The notes beneath the pieces were generated by a model. It ran no database searches and was not told the origin of the DNA. It was given only the letters and a program-made list of their open reading frames with translations. Source: Octopus vulgaris (lineage: Eukaryota). From it: a stretch of 64,000 nt of DNA. How positions within the stretch are numbered: position 1 is the first letter of the stretch; each line of letters opens with the position of its first letter. The translations under genes and the position numbers were made by a program. Shown here piece after piece: positions 26,954-41,859 of the stretch. Location: assembly GCA_951406725.2 (NCBI GenBank), contig OX597817.1, forward strand, positions 129,890,001-129,954,000, given 5' to 3'.

Positions 26954-27729
26954 TGTGTGTGCATGTATGTATATATATATAGATACACACACATATATGT
27001 GTATACACACACATATATATATAAATATATACATATGTATATACATACACATATATATGTATATACATATATATATATACACACATACATATATATGTAA
27101 CACATGTACATACACATATGTATATGTATATGTAACAGTGTGTGTGTGTGTGTGTGTGTTTGTCTACATAAATGCAGAAGCATATTACAGTTGCTATAGA
27201 ACTCATTTCTACAAATGTATGTATGGCTTTTGTAGTAATCATAAGAATAACATTACACTGCATTAGACACACACACACACAAACAACGCACACGCACAAA
27301 AGCGCGCGCGCGCCCATGCGCATTGTCAATTCCCAAGCCATAAATTACTATAAGATGTTACGGAATTTCCCGTCAGCCGATTAATCAGCAAATAAGGCAC
27401 ACACAGATATTTCTGTGAGTGCGTTTTCGCGCGCTTATGTGTATGCTTGAACATATAAGCATGCACAGGCACACACATATGCATACTCACATATTTATGC
27501 ACAGACATGTATTCATGTGTATGTATGTGTGTGTCTTCGTGTGTGTTCGTGTGCGTGTGTGTATATATACATTTGTGTATAAATAGCATAGGTGTATATG
27601 TATGTGTGTGTATATATTACACACATATATAATGGGCACACACACGCACGCGCATACACATACAGGGAAGACAATAATAAACAAAGACTTTGATCTACAG
27701 TTTGCTTCATATTGTCTTCTTTCTCTTCC

Positions 27730-27997
27730 TTTCTCTGTCCTCAATATTCTTCATACATACATACATACATACATACATACATACATACATACATACAGAC
27801 AGACAGACAGACATACATACATACATATACAAACACATACATATATACATATAATACATATACACACGCACACATACATATATATATGTACATATATAGT
27901 ATATCTGTATACACTTATATATGTTTATATATTTATATACTTATATATGTTTATATATGTATACAGATATACACATGGCTCTGTCTGTCTGTCTCTT

Positions 27998-28062
<65 letters not shown>

Positions 28063-28126
28063 ATGTGTGTATATGTATATATATATATGTCTATGTATAT
28101 ATGCATATATGTATACACACACACAT

Positions 28127-28199
<73 letters not shown>

Positions 28200-28229
28200 G
28201 TGCGTGCATATGTATATATATATTGTGTG

Positions 28230-28276
<47 letters not shown>

Positions 28277-28390
28277 GTGTGTGTGTGCGTTTGTGTGTTT
28301 ATGTTTGTGCATACGGACATATGTACGTATATTCACACAGACACACAGACGGGCGCACACATACGCATGCACACACGTATACGCACACAC
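27730..28390. repeat. Compound microsatellite block
   Basis: (TACA)n, (TA)n, (CA)n and (TG)n. Confidence 0.95.
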
Positions 28391-28639
28391 ATAGATTTAC
28401 TCCCGCGTGTAGTTACGTTTATTATATGTGTGTCCGTTTAGTGACATTTTTATTATGAAACTCCTGGAATGCGAACAAAACTTTGGAAAAGAAAGGAATT
28501 AATTTAGTATAAGAAGAAAAACAGAAGCAAAGACACCACAAAATATATCAAATATAATTTGAAAGAAAAGGGAAAAAAACGGAACAGGAAGACTATGTGG
28601 TATTTTTGAGTTAAAGATGTTTTCTGAAGTGAAGTAATA

Positions 28640-29049
28640 TATTCTTTTCTACTCTAGGCACAAGGCCAGAACGTTTTGAGGAAGGGGGCCAGTCAATTAG
28701 ATCGACCCCAGTACGCAACTGGTACTTAATTTATCGACCCCGAGAGGATGAAAGGCAAAGTTGAGCTCGGCGCAATTTGAACTCAGAACGTAAAGACAGA
28801 CGAAATACCAATTTCTATTTCTTTACTACCCACAAGGGGATAAACACAGAAGGGACAAACAAGGACACACAAACGGATTAAGTCGATTATATGGACCTCC
28901 AGTGCGCAACTGGTACTTAATTTGTCGACCCCGAAAGGATGAAAAGCAAAGTCGACCTCGGCGGAATTTGAACTCAGAACGTAGCGGCAGACGAAATATA
29001 ACTACGCATTTCGCCCGGCGTGCTAACGTCTCCGCCAGCTCGCCGCCTT
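28640..29049 (-). mobile_element. tRNA-derived SINE family B, two adjacent copies
   Basis: Minus head ggcggcgagctggcggagacgttagc...gagttcaaattcc; core gcctttcatcctttcggggtcgataaattaagtaccag. Confidence 0.85.
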
Positions 29050-29469
29050 AGTCAAGTAATATATTAATAACCTAATGGTTATTTTGTTTTGGTGTTTTAA
29101 TTATTGCTATTGATGTTGTCTCCTCTTCCTCCTCCTCCTCCTCCTCATCATCATCATCATCATCATCATCATGATTATTATTATTATTGTTATTATTATT
29201 ATTATTATTATTATCATTATTATTATTATTATTAGTAGTAGTAGTAGTAGTAGTAGTATTCAAGCGGCGAGCTGGCAAAATCGTTAGAGCATCAGGAAAA
29301 AATTTTACGTCTCTTTATCGTCGTCGTACTCCCCTTCAAAGGATAAATAAATATAATAAAATAAATCATCATCATCATCACCACCAACAACAACATTACC
29401 ATTCATGGATTGATTAAATCGATTTTGGGTAACATGCATAAAAATATGTACAAGGTTAATAAATACTGT

Positions 29470-30200
29470 GTGAAATGTCTCAATAATATTTACAGATCCG
29501 CGTAGTACTACGCCCTGTGAAGTGTTTCTGTCTATCTTTATATGGAATTTGTCAATGATTTTATAGTTTTTTTATGTATCATTCTATTTGTGTCACAATT
29601 AATTGAATAGCTAAGTCTATGTAATGCTTTAGCAAGTAAGGCATTAACTAAAAGCTAAGGCATAGCTTTTCGTCTCGCTTCTGCACAAACATGATGGTAA
29701 GCTCACTCAGTCGCTTGGTTTAACACACATCCACTATCTGACACCACTATGTTGCAAGCACTAGGAGCAGGTCTTTGGTTTGGCGATGCCCCTCTCCCTC
29801 TCTCTTGCCAGTGCCGAATTTCCTCCAAAAGGTTGTTGGCTCGACTTTCTCTTCCGACTAAAAGAGGAAAAAATAAGATTATAGTCATTTGGCATTGCTG
29901 TGTTGATAATTATTTTTGTGCTGGAAATTATGTAATGCTTATAATATGTCTGTCTATATGCTAAAACTTCATTGCATTGTCGCTGGTATTTTCTAAGCAG
30001 AGATGCTTTATATGTGTATCTCAGACTTATTCTATTAAGCAGTTGAAATTGAGTGGCTTGGTGCATGTGGGACAGTTTTGCTGCTACCTTATTCTATACC
30101 AAATACATTTCATCTGAGTTAATGAAGAATATCCTGATAGGACGTGCTATATCTTTTCAGAAAATACATTACCAAGGCAACATTTGCCACTTATTTTGTA
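29470..30200 (-). mobile_element. Old R4/Dong-like LINE 3' remnant, interrupted at ~29700-29870
   Basis: SEKI*HVLSG...NKVAAKL and IDKFHIKID..Q..VLRGSVNII; paralogous to 31085-31620. Confidence 0.55.
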
Positions 30201-30294
30201 AGATATTCTTTGTCATAAATTTAGTAGTAATTATGTATTCTTGTATTGTAAATACTGTTATTTACAATATTCTGATTCTAGCGGAGATCTAATT

Positions 30295-30680
30295 ATTGCT
30301 ATCTTTGCGATCTGAGTTCAAATCCTGTCGAGATACATTTGCCTTTCATCCTTTCGTAGTCAATGAAATAATGTACCAAGTAAAAACCGAGGTCTATATA
30401 ATCTTTTCTACTACAGGCACAAGGCCTGCAATTTTGGAGAAAGGGGCAAGTCAATTACATCGACCCCAGTACTCAACGGGTACTTAATTGATCGACCCCG
30501 AAAGGATGAAAGGCAAAGTCAATCTCGGCGGAATTTGAACTCAGAACGGAGTGGCAGACGAAATACCGCTAAGTATTTCGCTCGACGTGCTAACGACTCT
30601 GCCAGATCGCTGCCTTTGAGGACTATATAATCGACTTACTCCCCACAAAACTGCAGGCCTTGTGCCTAAATTTTGAAACA
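30295..30680. mobile_element. SINE family B: plus-strand copy interrupted by a minus-strand copy (~30400-30617)
   Basis: Both orientations of the family B core are present. Confidence 0.75.
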
Positions 30681-31084
30681 GTTTAAACTTTCAGAAATAC
30701 ATCGCGTTTCGGTTCTCGATGCAAAAGGTTAGTACAAATCTATGGAAAACACAGCTAAAAGTATTTAAGATTAACAACGATGCTTAAGACAACGCCCAAG
30801 TTTATCAAATATGTTTCACACTTCGCACATCAAGTTCATTTCATATTATAGTTTCTTTTAGACAAGCGGTCTAACTTCGTCATAAATTATACATTTAACC
30901 ATATATATGTTCTAGTTCAGTACATAAACTACCACATCAATTTATAACATGGATATCATCTGTGACTACCGCGGTAGTCACAGATGATACCCGTATTCAT
31001 TTTGTAACGCAAAAATAGCGTGTGATATAAATGGTAAGTAAAGCGTCAAGTTTAACGAAAATCATTCAAGATTAATAAATGCAA

Positions 31085-31620
31085 TGTGACAATACCCTCA
31101 GAATATTTCCAGATCCTTGTATTGCCATTTTCTAAAAAGTTCTCATGTCTATCTTTGTATGGAATTTATCAATGTTGCTACAGAAATTGCTGTGTGCCAA
31201 TTAAAAGTGAAGAGATGGACACTTTCCTTCATTGGCATAATATTTTTAATTTAACAGCTAGGTCGGTATGATTTCCTTGGTTTCCAGTTCGTTTCCGTAA
31301 GACATTATAGAAATTTGGTATTGTAATGCTGATAACTGATACGCTCCCCTGATTTATTTTGTCAATGAGGAAGATGCCCGATGCTATGTGTTAGCTACTG
31401 GTCTGTCTGCAGACTAAAGTTACATTGTATTTTCACGTTGTCATTTCTCATGAATACAAAGAGCGTTTACTTGGAACTGTTGAAATTAGATGGTGAGGCA
31501 AAAGTAGGGCAGTTTTGCTACGATATTGTGTCTCTAAGTATTCTTTATAAAAGCTAGCATGAAGCAGCCTGATACAGTGTGGTACACTGTTTCAGAAATT
31601 GCTCAAAAAACTCTTACAAT
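31085..31620 (-). mobile_element. Old R4/Dong-like LINE 3' remnant
   Basis: SETVYHTVSGC.MLA....RHNIVAKL (zinc knuckle plus RH) and KMAIQGSGNILRVL at the C-terminus. Confidence 0.6.
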
Positions 31621-31924
31621 ACACACAGTGGAGGTAGAGCGTCGGAAAAAACCTTGAAGTCTTCCCACACTATATTCTAACTTGAAATTTCGCCGACCTT
31701 GTCTGTCATCCTTTCTGTTGGTGCCAGTCTGCTGCATCCAGTGATTATGTGGTCGATTATTTCATTATTATTATTTTTGTATTTTACTACTCAGAGTTCT
31801 CGATCCTACTTGCTTCTGGTTAATTCTATGAAAACAGACAGCAGCCTGTTGTCAAAGGTACGACAGGGTCTTTTTTCACGAATTATAAGACTTGGTACCT
31901 AGATGAGAAGTATCGTGGAAGATA

Positions 31925-32108
31925 CTTAACACTTAAGTACCAGTCTCAAAATGTTCGATGTCCCCAATAGAGCAGTTCTTTTGAGGATGCTCTACCCTTA
32001 TGTCAATTCCAGTTTCTTCGACATATTTCTCAAACATGAATGTTAGTACTCTGAGTGCTCCTACAAATACTGGGATAACAACTACTCTCTTCATTGCATA
32101 CAATTCCA
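31925..32108 (-). mobile_element. R4/Dong-like LINE extreme 3' fragment
   Basis: MKRVVVIPVFVGAL....IRVEH.QK.ALLGTSNILRLVL. Confidence 0.7.
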
Positions 32109-33479
32109 GATTGAGGATTAATTCAAACTAATCTGGCGCACCAAACCCTACGTCACTCGAGGGTGCCGGCTCGTTATAGGAGAGGTGAATTTCTTATGAA
32201 GCAAGGAAGCATTCTTTAACACGCTTAAAAAGTGATAAACTGGTTTTCTGATTTACTACGGCTGGAGAGTAGTAGAAATTAAGTGATCGATTAGCCATCT
32301 TAAATAGATATCTGCTAGATAGTAGTGGCCATTTTGCTCGATACCAAAGAGAGAAGAAAGCGAACATGTTGCGAGTTTACAGGCTTCAGAAGAAAAATTG
32401 ATCGGATAGAGGGATCTAAGCAGGCCAAGAAAGCACGAAAAGCATTGTAGACTTGATCAATCAGTCTTGTGACGGTTGCAACTGTTTATGACGGTTGGCA
32501 CTTGAAAGTCAAGGTGTCGCTTATGTGGTGACGCAAACCAGCTAAGAGCTGATTGTCCACAACAAAAAAGGAAAGAAGAAAGCCTCTCAGTGTTGCTGAC
32601 GCTATTACCACATCAGCAACATCAGTATCAAAAGCAGCAACAACATTATTATCCAACCACAACAGTTCGAATTGTAACAAAGCTGAATTGTCAAATACAC
32701 CAGTAAACATACATCGCCAACAGAGTCTGTAACACCAGCAGCAACGGGAACAACATCGTTAACATTAGCAACAGAACACCAAACACCCTACACAACATTA
32801 CAATGCTTTCACCACCCTTCAAATTACTCACATGCAGTGAGGAAGGCAAAGGGGAACAATGGGGAACTTGTCTCCATAAGAAACGAAAGAAAAATGTGTC
32901 CTTGCTAGCAATTAATATTTACGTTCACGCAGCTAGAAAGTGGTGCTGACGAAAGAGCAATGACTCTTGAAATATGCATATACACCATTACCTATTTTTT
33001 CTATCTTCGATTGCATTGTTTACATATACGTATTCGTATACGAAACGTCGTAACTTTCATTACTGGCTCATTACTATAGAAAATCTGTAGCGATAAACTT
33101 AAAAATGAGGAACATCGCTCTGCTAACACAAAAGTAAGGCACAATATTAGCTTATAAACCTGTGATATACTTGGTTGTATATTAAGGTCGCAAAACGAAA
33201 TACTGCGTCCGGGCTTGGGATGTGGAGGGGTCATGACTGGAATGTCATTGATTATAGACCCCCGCTAGATCAGCTCTGACCTGGGGTCTAAGCAATAATA
33301 AAAATCATTACTTAAGCTGGGAGAAACAGCAGCCAAACAAAGTTCCTACAAATAATCGGCTTAAAAAAAAATCATATGAATTGTAGAGATAAAAAAAGTG
33401 TCTTTAAAATAGTGGCGTGGTCAGGGTTTGATTTTGTTTGTTTTTAATCGAAATCCTCCTCGATCGGGGCCAAATTGGG

Positions 33480-33829
33480 GTTAAATAACGACCAGCACAA
33501 TAACAATACAATTAACGACATCGTCAACGACAACGACAACAATACCAACAATAGCATCAGCACAACAATAAATATTAACACCAACAGCAACCTCCCAGAT
33601 GATAACAGTATCAACAACAACGATTATACAGCCACAAATACCACCAATAATGTTACCACCACAACCACGGTTACTACTACCGAGAGCACCACACCCAAGA
33701 CTATCATCGTCGTCGTCATAATTATCGTTGTCATCATGATTGTCATCATCATCCTCATCATCGTCGTCGTCATCGTTGTCATCATCGTCGTCGTCGTCGT
33801 CGTCGTCGTCGTCATCGTCGTCATCATCG

Positions 33830-33875
<46 letters not shown>

Positions 33876-34163
33876 AACAAGACATTCATTTACAATAAGC
33901 AACATGGTTGAATGTGTTTTCTGAACAAACCGTCAGAATTCAGGGTGAAAATAAGCGCAAATGGGAAACCCTTAGTAATGAAGAGATGCTGAGGTACGCC
34001 TCAGTGTGTGAGGTGAAATGTGAGATGTAGGGGAGAGAGAGAAAGAGGGGGAGAGACAGGGGGAGAGCGAACACAGTGGGTGGATGGATGAGGTGATACG
34101 AAGACAGAAGTGCGACATATTGGAATAAAGAAATTGAAATGGAAGACGGAGAAAAAGGCGGAA

Positions 34164-34247
<84 letters not shown>

Positions 34248-34272
34248 CAGCAGCAGCAGCAGCAGCAGCTGC

Positions 34273-34324
<52 letters not shown>

Positions 34325-34828
34325 GTAGTAGTAGTAGTAGTTTTTGTTGGGGTGGTGGTATAGTAATTGTAGTGATGGTGTTGGTGATTGTAGTGGTGGT
34401 TGGTGATATAGGTTGGCTATGGCTGTTGTGGTGGGGTTGATGATGGTTGTTATGGTGGCGGTGGTCACGATGGTGGTGGTGGTGGTGGTGGTGGTGGTGA
34501 TGATGATGGTAGTGACGGTGGTGGTAGTAGTGGCGGTGGCAGCAGTGGTGGTGGTCGTCGTGATGGTGGTGGTCGTGATGACGGTTGGTAGTTGTGGTAA
34601 TAGTGGTGATGGCGGCGGCAGTTGTGTTGGTGTTAATGATGGTGAGATGGTAGTGAATTTAGGGACGATTGTGATGATGGTCGTTTTCAGCGGGGAGAAT
34701 GTATAACGGACGAAAGAGACGGTAGTAGTGTGAAACTAGTAGCAGTAGTGGTGGTAGTGACAGTGACAGTGACAGAGGTAGTGGTGGAGCTGGCGAAGGA
34801 GATGACGACGACGTCGACGTTGATGATA

Positions 34829-34879
<51 letters not shown>

Positions 34880-35100
34880 TTGATAACGTTGATGATGATG
34901 ACGATGATTGTGGTTTAAATCATTGTTTAGTGTGATAAGGAGAAGAGAGAATTGATAAGTAGGGGTAGGACAAATAGTAGTAGTAGTAGTTGTAGTGGCG
35001 GTGATAGTGGTGGTGGTGACAGTGGTGGTGACGGCGGCGGTGGTGGTGGTGGTGGCGGCGGCGATGATGATGATATTGGTAGTAAAAAGGTTGTTTTTGA
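33480..35100. repeat. Trinucleotide low-complexity region (CAT/CGT/GTA/GGT/GAT)n
   Basis: Directly visible; gives homopolymeric ORFs. Confidence 0.9.
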
Positions 35101-35273
35101 TTGTGTTGGTGGTGAGGCGAAAAAGAATAAATAAGCCGAAAGCACATGTATTTTAAGTAGAGCTGCGCAGTTCCTGAAAATGGAAGCAAATCGTTATTTC
35201 CATTCCTCTTAAGAATCCTCCTTGTATTATTTTTCTTTTCCTTTTCTTTTTGTATCTTGGCGCGCGCGCATAT

Positions 35274-35332
<59 letters not shown>

Positions 35333-35580
35333 TGTGTGTGTATCTGTGTTTGCGTGTTGACAGTGAGATGTGCGGGGGTTTCTAGAACATTCATTAAAAA
35401 TAATTAAATAAATAAAACTGCAGAAGAAGGAGAGGAAGGAGAGAGAAGGAGAGAGAGAGGGTGAGATAGAGAAAGGGAGAGAGCGAATCTGCTCTTTCAG
35501 TAATTGGGATTTCCTTGCCAAAATCCTTTCGCGTTTATTCTTCGACTGATTCTCTCTCTTTGCCTCTCTATATCTTCCTG

Positions 35581-35641
<61 letters not shown>

Positions 35642-35698
35642 GTGTGTGTGTGTGTTTACACGTTTGTTAAAACATGTCCAGAGTGAGAGAGAAACATG

Positions 35699-35746
<48 letters not shown>

Positions 35747-35817
35747 TTATTTATATATACATATATATATATGTATCTATCTATTCATCTATCTATCCAT
35801 TTATCTATCATCTATCC

Positions 35818-35881
<64 letters not shown>

Positions 35882-36292
35882 GTTCTTTTATTTATCAGAG
35901 CAATATTCGATTCATCTTGTGCTTTCCTCTCCGATTTCGACTTATTTACTGTTTTATATCCTCTTCTTTCTTTTATTGTTTCTTTCTTCCCTGCTTTCTT
36001 TATTTCCTTCTTTCATTTGTCGTTCATCTCTTCTATTCCGAGATAGAACTTTCTTTGAGTACGAAAGTTCAATACAAGAAACACTTCACTTCATCTATGT
36101 CGCTCTTTAAAGTTTTGCTGAGAAAGGCATGAATATCTCAGCATCAATATACCTGTAATAAAATATTATACGAAACCTAACCTGTAAAAGTGGATTCACT
36201 GCGTTTATTTATTTATTAGTAAAATAGCAGAAACCGTAGTGAACCAGATTCAGATTAAAAAAGTAAAAGAGAGAGAGAGGGTGATAAAGAGA

Positions 36293-36341
<49 letters not shown>

Positions 36342-37369
36342 GAGGGGAAAGAAAATTGGTGATGTCCTGCGTTGGCATAAAATACAGAGTGAGTTCGGGT
36401 AAGTTTGGATGTGGAAAAGAAGAATCTAACGTTTTGTGCAAATACTTTCGAGTGAGAGGCGTTTTTTTTTTCTCCATATTTCATGTTTCAACCGTTTCTT
36501 TTCCTTTTATATCCACCCGGGGCCGATAAACTAAGAACGCTCCACTATGTAGCAATATTGATTTAGTTAGCTAAGTCTCTTTCTCTCTCACTTTTTCTCT
36601 TTCACTCCTTCTGTTCTTCTTTCTCTCCCCCTGTCTCCCCCTCTCTCTCTCTTACCTCTCTTTTTACAAATTTCTCGAAATGTTACTATGCTAAAGATCA
36701 ATTTCTCTTTCCTTCATGATCTAAAAGAAAAAAATTAAATGTCTATTATTTCGTCTGCATTTCCAGATGCAGAAAAATACGTTACAGGAAAAAATAAAAT
36801 TGCTGAGTCAGTTTAATTAATACAATATTTAAACTAAAATAAAATTACGCTAAATATTTAAAAAAGATAACTATGAAGATTTCCCGTAGAGTTTTTTGCC
36901 ATTAATATCGATCCTAGAATGAGATGTAAGTCAATAGTTCCAGTGAATGTTCATCATGCCCTACTCACATACATCAAATAAAGTAACAAAATCAAATGGA
37001 TCTTCGTTGGTTTCCACGATGAGGATTCAGTGGTTTGATCAATTGAATTACTTGCTTATTGGATCAAAATATAAGTGGTTGAGTATTCCACAGTGTTGGG
37101 TACCCTTAATATAATTCTCATGCAGAATCAGTGACACAGTGTGTAACAAGATTGTACCTTTGAATTACAGGTATAATTCACCTGACAAGCTTCCACACAG
37201 TTTCCACCTACCAAGTTTTACTCTCTCCGAGGCAATGGAAGAACACCCTTGTTCAAGATGCCATACACGAGGATCGAATCCGGGACCTCGTGATTAATCA
37301 TCAAACTACTTAGCCATTCGGCGATGCTGTGTTAACGTAGGTACATCACCACGTCATTACGCTACAACA

Positions 37370-37690
37370 CTGAGAAACGCCTGGCTCTCTGTCGGTTACA
37401 ACGATGAGTGTACCAGCTGATCCGAACGACCGAACAACCTGCTCGTGAAACTAACAAGCAAGTGGCTGCGTATTCCACAACCAGGCGTGCATTTAACGTA
37501 GTTCTCTGGAAGATTCAGCGTGACACAGATTGTGAAAAGGCTGGCCCTTTGAATTACTGGTACAATTCATTTTTACCAGTTGAGTGGAAATAAAGTGTCT
37601 TGCTGAAGGATTCAGTGCATCGTCGGGAATAGAGCTCACATCCTTACGATCGCGAGCCGAATACCCCAACCACCAAGCCACGTGTCTCAC
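37370..37690 (-). mobile_element. SINE family C copy
   Basis: Minus head gtggcttggtggttggggtattcggctcgcgatcgtaagg..tctattcccg; body similar to 7120-7350. Confidence 0.7.
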
Positions 37691-38106
37691 CACAAGGAAA
37701 TAACGCTAATAACGCAAACAAGGAAGACTTGTGCGTGAGTGCTCGATTGCTTAGATATAGAAGCTAAATCTCTTTTAAACCACACTCTACTGTCTTTAAA
37801 ATGTTGTCTTTGATACGCTACATTTGCAAAAATATTACAGAGTTGGTATGTACTTGACAATAGGTCTGTTCGGTCAGTATTATAGTCGAGTTATATAACT
37901 TTCATTAATCCAAGCGCATTTCTTTGGAGGTGTGGGTCACGGAGTTAAGCTGGCGTCGTTGTACAGACACTTCAACATGAATGAAGTTTGGAGAGACAAA
38001 TGGAAGAGGCTTCGTCCTAGCTGTGGGATTTAGTTGAGCACGCCCACAAAGTCTATCGTGTAAACCAGTTTAGTTGAGCACACCCCACAAATTCTATCGT
38101 CTAAAC

Positions 38107-39120
38107 CAGTAGTTCTCAAACAGTTTTCATCTATGGAACACTTTAATTTTTATTTTACTTCACTGGACCTCCATAGCCATTCGATTTAAAAAAAGAAATC
38201 CTATCATATTTTTATAATTATTATTAGGAATTGTACCAAAAAAAGTTAAAATATTTTGTATATTGTAGAAGTATAAACAATTTATTTGTTTCAAAGTGTG
38301 GTGTAAAGTCAGAGGTTTCGGGGGAGGGGTGAATCATTTACATGGGACCCCAGTGTTCAACTGGTATTTGTTTTATCGAGTTCGAAAAGACGAAAGGTAA
38401 AGTCGACCTAGGCAGAATTTGAACTTGGAACGTAAAGACCGTCGAAATGCCGCTGAGCATTTCGCCCGGCGTGCAAACGATTCTGTCAGCTCGCTACCTT
38501 AATATTAATAATAATAATAATAATATTAATAATTTCAAATTTTGCCACAAGGGCAGTAATTTTGGGGGAGGAGATAAGTCGATTTCATTGACCCCAGTGT
38601 TTCACTGGTACTTAATTTATCGACCCCGAAAGGATGAAAGGAAAAGTCGACCTCGGAATTTGAACGCAGAACGTAGCAACAGGCGGAATACGGCTAAGCA
38701 TTTCGTCAAGCGCTCTAACGATTCAGCCAGCTCGCCACCTTCATAATGATAATAATAATTTCTACTATATGCACAAGGCCTAAAATTTTGTGGGAGGGGG
38801 CCACTCGATTAGATCGACCCTAGTGCGCAACTGGTACTTAATTTATCGACCCCGAAAGGATGAAAGGCAAAGTCAACCTCGGCAGAATTTGAACTCAGAA
38901 CGTTGCGAAGAGCAAAATACCGCTAGGCATTTCGTCGAGCGTGCTAACGATTCTGCCAGCTTGCCGCCTTCGAGAAGTATAACAAATTTATTGCACCTAA
39001 ACTTTAAAAGCAAAATCTTATAAGGATCTCCAAGTGTCGAATGGATCCCCAATGGTCATATGGACCCTAAGGAACATATGAACCCTCAAGTGTCATATGG
39101 ACCCCGGTTGAGAACCACTG
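38107..39120. mobile_element. hAT-family MITE with three nested SINE B copies (~38290-38970)
   Basis: TIRs CAGTAGTTCTCAAAC and the reverse complement of CAGTGGTTCTCAACC; 8-bp TSD GTCTAAAC (38099-38106) versus GTCTAACC (39121-39128). Confidence 0.85.
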
Positions 39121-39824
39121 GTCTAACCAGATGTCGGTGGGCACATGCAAACAAGTTGAGGTCAGACTACTGCAAAACAGTGGCTAACCTGCATTAGATG
39201 AGGCTAACATGAGAGATATCTCTCTCCCGCAAAATACGGCTCGCCTCCTATAGTGCGGAGTAGCCACTTTGATCTCGGGCTGGGGACATCAAACAATTCA
39301 TGTAACTGTCAAGATATGCATCAACTGGATTTCCATTGTAAATTTAAAGTTGTAAAAGACAATTAAAAAAAACATTCAACACACCACATGACTAACACGA
39401 CATTATAACACGATAGAACTTTGATAAAGCCTCTTCATGGTTACCCAAATGCTAGAAATAGCAACCAAGTATCCTCAAACCAAACTAAGTGAAAGAACAC
39501 ATTTGATAATGTAGTTATGGATATACGAAAAGTCAGGATGATCAAGGTTAGAATTCCTTTAATCATCATATTGGCCAGTTCGATCAAAACTAAACTTCAA
39601 GCAAATAGCAATGACCATAGCTAAACAATTTTCGCGAAGGAGAAAACCTCTACCTGTTCGCCCGAATTAATAGCCAAATCTCCCTCAAATCACATTCTGC
39701 GGTCTTAGAAAACTATATTGTATAATGTCATACAAGTTCCCTTGCACTTTGGAGAAAAGAAAGGATTGTCACAAAGGGATTGGCTTTGACTATATTATCA
39801 GCTCAACCAGGTATTAGGTTGACT

Positions 39825-40809
39825 GAAGGAGGAGGAGGAGGAGGAGGAGGAGAGGAGAAGAAGAAGAAGAAGAAGAAGAAGAAGAAGAAGAAGAAGAAGA
39901 AGAAGAAGAAGGAGGAGGAGAAGAAGAAGAAGAAGAAGAAGAAGAAACAGAAGAAGAAGAAGAAGAAGAAGGAGGAGGAGGAGAAGAAGAACAACAACAA
40001 GAACAAGAACAACAACAACAACAACAACAACAACAGCAACGACAACGCAATCACACCATATAACGCCTGTAACTCATACCCCATGTACCACTACTGTCAC
40101 TCACACTACAATCACCACCACCACCACAACCACAACCACTACCTCCACCATAAACAACAATAAAAAGAAAACGCCACCATCGCTAAAACTACCCCCAACT
40201 CCATCACCATCAGCAACAAAGCTTAACAAGTTCAACAATGCCACCACTAACACAACCGCTACAAGTCAGCTGTTACTAGCACCATTACCAACAACGACAA
40301 CAGCCAGGAAAAGACCACTACGATCCTCACCACCACTACCACTACCACTACCACCACCACTACCACTACCACCACCACAGCCACCCCCACCATTGTCAAC
40401 AACAACAAAAATAACAATATCAGCATCAATCTTAGTGTCACCACTGGCACTACCATCATCACAACCGCTACCACCATCAACAAACAACAACTATAACCAT
40501 ACTATCACTATCACAAAGAAAATACCATCACCACCAACGCTACCGCCTCCACCACCGCCGCCGTCACCACCACCACCACCACCACCATCAACCATTACCA
40601 CCACCTCCAAACCAGTCGACAAATTTGTTCTCGTATCCGTGTTTCTTTGAAGATAAAACTCTTCACGGCAAAATAATTCGAAACCGGAATTTACGTTCCC
40701 GCGTGCGTGTGTGCGTGCGTAGTGGTGCTCTTGTTGCTCTTAGTGGTGGTGGTGGTGATGGTGGTAGTAGTAGTAGCAGCAGCAGCAGTAGTAATAGTAG
40801 TAGTAGTAA

Positions 40810-40866
<57 letters not shown>

Positions 40867-41152
40867 CTGTATAGTTGCGATGCTAGCTGTTGTGGTGTTG
40901 ATGGTGGTTGCAGTAACTATGGTTCGGTTGTTGATAGTGAAGTTGTTGTTGTTGTTATTGGTGGTGGTTGTGAGGTTGATGATATTTGTGGTGGATCTTA
41001 TGGTGGTGTTTGTTGTGGTGTTGGTGCGGATGGTTACAGTGCGGCACGCAGCTGTGGCGGGAATGATGAACTTGGTTGATGATGATTGTTCTGACGGTGA
41101 TAGAGTCGGTGGAGGGGAATGCTAGATTGTTGTTGAGTGTAACGGTTTAGTA

Positions 41153-41220
<68 letters not shown>
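39825..41220. repeat. Low-complexity region (GAA/CAA/CAC/TAG/CA)n
   Basis: Directly visible. Confidence 0.9.
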
Positions 41221-41224
<4 letters not shown>

Positions 41225-41539
41225 GTCTAAGAGTATATTCCTGAACTCTTTATATAAATTTACGTACATGTGAATTCATAAACGCAGATGCACATGTGTG
41301 AGCAGTGTTTATACGTCGTCATCATCATCTTAGTAGTAGTTGTAGTAGTAGTTGTAGTAGTAGTAGTAGTTTTGGTGGTCGTCGTAGTTTTCATGACTTT
41401 AATGATGATGATGGTTTTTAACATACGCACAAGATCAGAAACTTGGAGGAGCAAATTGATGTAAATAGATGATCAGTTACGTAAATGGTACTCTATTTTA
41501 TTAGGTACCAACGCATAGCTGACCTCGTCGGGCTCTGAA

Positions 41540-41614
<75 letters not shown>

Positions 41615-41631
41615 ATATGTGTGCGTATAGG

Positions 41632-41675
<44 letters not shown>

Positions 41676-41808
41676 TGCTTTTGTTGCTCTTAGTGGTGGT
41701 AGTAGTAGTAGTAGCACCAGTAGCAACAGTAGCAGTAGCAGTATTAGTATTAGTAGTAGTAGTAGTAGTAGTAGTATATGTATGTATGTATGTGTGTGTG
41801 TATGTATG

Positions 41809-41839
<31 letters not shown>

Positions 41840-41859
41840 GTATGTATGTATGTAGATAA

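Noticed and set aside
27602-28458. Long ORFs of 250-280 aa, and similar YI/HT/CV ORFs across the window
   Set aside because: Translations of di- and tetranucleotide microsatellites.
32150-32480. Possible Tc1 transposase C-terminal remnant
   Set aside because: Too degenerate; no catalytic motif or TIR found.
33475-35189. Poly-D, V, M, G and P ORFs
   Set aside because: Trinucleotide repeats open in several frames on both strands; no domain or splice evidence.
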